From the sequence record SRR31156797_7069: 60,460 bases of DNA. One strand, 5' to 3'. Of the stretch, positions 57,767 to 60,460 are shown one piece after another; within the stretch, counting starts at the first letter, position 1; each line of letters opens with the position of its first letter. Made by a program: the position numbers and the translations under genes. Under the pieces are notes generated by a model. The model saw only the letters and a program-made list of their open reading frames with translations. It was not told the origin of the DNA and searched no databases.

Positions 57767-58285
57767 ATGTCTACAAACCAGAAAGCCATTATCGGCCTAT
57801 ACAATCCCAAAAACCCAACTAACGTTGGTGCTGTCATGCGTGCTGCTGGTTGCTACGAAGCCGATCAAGTACGCTTTAGCGGCACTCGTTATAGCCGAGC
57901 AGTAAAGTTTCAAACCGACACCAAACAAGCTAAAGAGCGTATTGAATTAATTGAGAAAGAAGACTTATCCGCTGACTTGGAAAGTGACGTTGAAATAGTA
58001 TGTGTCGAGCTTGCCGTTGGGGCGACAGCACTCCCTAGTTTCACTCATCCGAAAAAAGCGTTGTACTTGTTTGGTCCAGAAGATGGTTCATTGCCACAGG
58101 AACTGGTAGATAAGGCGCACCATGTTGTCTATGTACCGACGACAGGCTGTATGAATTTGGCGGCTACGGTAAATGTCGTTTTGTATGATCGACTTGCGAA
58201 AACAATCAATGATATTGACGATGATCAGCATGTTTTAGCCAACCGCGATAACAAAAACAGATTAAAAGTAAAAGAAGACGTTTAA
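57767..58285 (+). CDS. TrmH/SpoU-family RNA methyltransferase
   Basis: NPKNPTNVGAVMRAA, FGPEDG, MNLAATVNVVLYDR SPOUT motifs. Confidence 0.88.
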   Translation: MSTNQKAIIGLYNPKNPTNVGAVMRAAGCYEADQVRFSGTRYSRAVKFQTDTKQAKERIELIEKEDLSADLESDVEIVCVELAVGATALPSFTHPKKALYLFGPEDGSLPQELVDKAHHVVYVPTTGCMNLAATVNVVLYDRLAKTINDIDDDQHVLANRDNKNRLKVKEDV

Positions 58286-58300
58286 TCGAATATCAGCATT

Positions 58301-58331
58301 GTGAGTAGATAGACTCCATCCATCTACTCAC
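58301..58331. terminator. Hairpin between convergent genes
   Basis: GTGAGTAGAT...ATCTACTCAC stem. Confidence 0.6.
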
Positions 58332-58342
58332 CTTCTATAAGG

Positions 58343-58801
58343 TTACTGCTCTGGGTTTTGCTTGGCGTTAATCTCAGCGTAAGTATGAAGAAGCTCAGTT
58401 AATGTATTTACCCAACCAAATGCATCTACAGGCGCGTTCACCAATAGCTTTTCTACCAGTTCACAATGCGTTTCAAGCGTAATCGCTTCTTCTAAATTGA
58501 AGGAAATCGCGTAGAAGTGCCACAGTACCAACCTTGTCATTCTTTCACTGTTTTGTTTCGCGTTTTCTGAATCATCAAAAGCTTGCTGAATCTCGCTCAA
58601 AGCAATCGCTGTCATACGTAGGTTCGCATCAAGACGTGCTGACATCATTCTCTCTTCACTGTCGACTTCTTCCTGCTCAAACGTGAAAATCTCACTCATC
58701 ACATCTTCTGGCACCATACGACTGATCATACGCGCAGCAAATTCTTCCAGCTCATGGCGAGGCATAGTTACAAGACAGTTAAAGGTATAATCACGAATCA
58801 T
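58343..58801 (-). CDS. Hypothetical acidic helical protein
   Basis: 152-aa ORF with host-like codon usage and a plausible RBS; no motif recognised. Confidence 0.7.
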   Translation of the reverse strand: MIRDYTFNCLVTMPRHELEEFAARMISRMVPEDVMSEIFTFEQEEVDSEERMMSARLDANLRMTAIALSEIQQAFDDSENAKQNSERMTRLVLWHFYAISFNLEEAITLETHCELVEKLLVNAPVDAFGWVNTLTELLHTYAEINAKQNPEQ

Positions 58802-58886
58802 TAGGAATTACTCAGTTGGTTATGCATTGAGGGAGCGTAGTTTACTGGGAGGGATTGGGTTTGTACAAGGGTTAATAACGTTCAAA

Positions 58887-59309
58887 TCAGCTCGACTTAG
58901 TTGCCAACAAACGTTCAGCAATTGGTATATCAGCTGGCGCTAAATTCTTTTGAAAGATACTTGGTATATCAACCCACTCATATTGATCATGATCTGTCAT
59001 CTTATAGCTACTTTCTTGAAAACAGCAATAATAAGCAATCAATTCTATTTTAAAGGAACCATAATCATGTAAAACGGTGATAAGTTGCTCTTCAACTTTC
59101 ACCCTCATATTTAACTCTTCCAGAAGTTCGCGCTCAAGACACTCTTTATATGACTCTCCATCTTCTAGCTTTCTCCCCGGAAACTCCCAATAACCACCCA
59201 TGGATTTTTCTTTCTTACGGAGGCAGAGAAACACTTTTCTCTCATCATTTAAAATAACGCCACAGACAACTTTAATCGGGGCTTTGTCTATATCTAGGTT
59301 TTCATTCAT
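58887..59309 (-). CDS. MutT/NudG-like (deoxy)NTP pyrophosphohydrolase
   Basis: WEFPG(R)KLEDGE-x7-RELLEELN Nudix box, HDY, LAPADIP. Confidence 0.88.
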   Translation of the reverse strand: MNENLDIDKAPIKVVCGVILNDERKVFLCLRKKEKSMGGYWEFPGRKLEDGESYKECLERELLEELNMRVKVEEQLITVLHDYGSFKIELIAYYCCFQESSYKMTDHDQYEWVDIPSIFQKNLAPADIPIAERLLATKSS

Positions 59310-59442
59310 ATCAATGAATCACTCAAGTCAGGATGTTAGACATAAGTCATTATTATACAGGTCAACCGTTGTACACATCGTTAAAACGTTATACCGTATA
59401 GCCATACAGTACAACATTCCGCTAATATTTTTGTGAGATACT

Positions 59443-60381
59443 ATGGCAAGAGAAGACGAAGAGTTCCGGTATAACAAATTTGTTGTAGGTAAAAAATACG
59501 AACGTATAAGTGCTATGGAATTAGGTGAAGTAAAAATTCCTAATCAGCCTCGCGACATCACGGGAATTACTCGTTTCAAAAACTCAATTGTATTATTCGT
59601 TACACTCGATAAATCTAACAAAGAAAAAGCTCACAAATATAACGATACCTTTTTACTTGATGGAAAGCGTTTTTTTTGGGAATCCCAAAATACTAATACC
59701 CCTACGACTCCAGCCATAAAAAATATCATGGATGGATTCCCGTCTCTTCTATTTGTGCGCATAAAAGACAAGGTTAAGGGAGTTACACAACCCTTTATAT
59801 ATGCAGGACGACTTAAATATATTGAACACAATAGTAGTCGCCCAGTTGAAGTTCTATTTGAAGTACAAGACTATCAAGAGAAACCGAGCAAGGGTTTAGG
59901 TGAGGTCTACGCTTGGAGTAAAAATACAGAATTGCTTTACGAAGATGAATTACCGAAGGCTTTAAGAAAAGTTAAAAGTTCAGCTCAAGGTAGAATGACT
60001 GACGCGAAAAAGAAAAAAGCCATTGAGTTACACGCAATGAGCGCAGCTACAGCTCACTACTGTTCACTTGGTTACGAGGTTATTGATACCTCATCTAATT
60101 GTCCCTATGACTTAGAGTGTTATAAAGACAGTTCTTTTCGTAGAGTTGAAGTAAAAGGAACAACATCTACAGGTAATTTCGTAACAGTAACCAAAAACGA
60201 AGTTCAAGACGCTCTTTCAGATACTTGCGAAACTGATTTATTTATTCTGACGAACATAAATATTACGGTCATAAAAGCCGGAGAATATGCGACTAGCGAT
60301 GGTGATATTCGCTGTATTACTAACTGGAAGCCGGACAGCAAGGATCTAGAACCCACAACATTTCGATATAAAGTAGATTAA
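59443..60381 (+). CDS. DUF3427 (SRA/PUA-like)-DUF3883 (PD-(D/E)XK) fusion, candidate modification-dependent restriction endonuclease
   Basis: N-domain LFVTLDK...YNDTF...FFWESQN...LFVR...PFIYAG; C-domain IELHAM...GYEV.D...PYDL...VEVKGTT...TKNE. Confidence 0.75.
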   Translation: MAREDEEFRYNKFVVGKKYERISAMELGEVKIPNQPRDITGITRFKNSIVLFVTLDKSNKEKAHKYNDTFLLDGKRFFWESQNTNTPTTPAIKNIMDGFPSLLFVRIKDKVKGVTQPFIYAGRLKYIEHNSSRPVEVLFEVQDYQEKPSKGLGEVYAWSKNTELLYEDELPKALRKVKSSAQGRMTDAKKKKAIELHAMSAATAHYCSLGYEVIDTSSNCPYDLECYKDSSFRRVEVKGTTSTGNFVTVTKNEVQDALSDTCETDLFILTNINITVIKAGEYATSDGDIRCITNWKPDSKDLEPTTFRYKVD

Positions 60382-60403
60382 AAAGAGCCGCAAAAGCGGC
60401 TCT
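60380..60403. terminator. Terminator (U-tract on -, probably bidirectional)
   Basis: AAAAAGAGCCGC-AAAA-GCGGCTCT. Confidence 0.75.
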
Positions 60404-60460
60404 CAATAACTCAAATTTTCCGAAGAGTTTGAAGTTTACTCTTTACCGTAAACGTTGTTC

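Noticed and set aside
60436-60460. 3' end of a minus-strand gene (...NNVYGKE*)
   Set aside because: Suggested by terminator orientation, but too short to support or identify

Overview
Gene-dense accessory-metabolism region of a gammaproteobacterial chromosome. The gene set and regulatory motifs look Vibrionaceae-like; this is inferred, not proven. In order it holds: two tandem paralogous chemoreceptors; a CdaR-type glucarate/galactarate cluster (garD, tctCBA, gudD, garL, garR, garK, divergent ghrB-like gene) that uses a tripartite tricarboxylate transporter instead of an MFS permease; a third chemoreceptor; a split, Fur-boxed iron-chelate ABC system interrupted by a ClpP-fold lipoprotein; a second gudD with its own LacI/GntR-type regulator; a probable D-apiose uptake/transketolase cluster whose isomerase is L-fucose-isomerase family; ribBX; several small enzymes and transporters; an orphan Tle1 (DUF2235) phospholipase fused to a LecA-like lectin domain; a rut pyrimidine-catabolism operon followed by an NCS1 transporter, an SDR and a second ribB; a MetJ/MetR-boxed MetE-like protein; and an AT-rich Nudix + DUF3427-DUF3883 pair that looks like a compact modification-dependent (type IV) restriction module. 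I saw no rRNA, tRNA, CRISPR array, transposase or integrase. All family assignments come from motif recognition by eye, not database searches.
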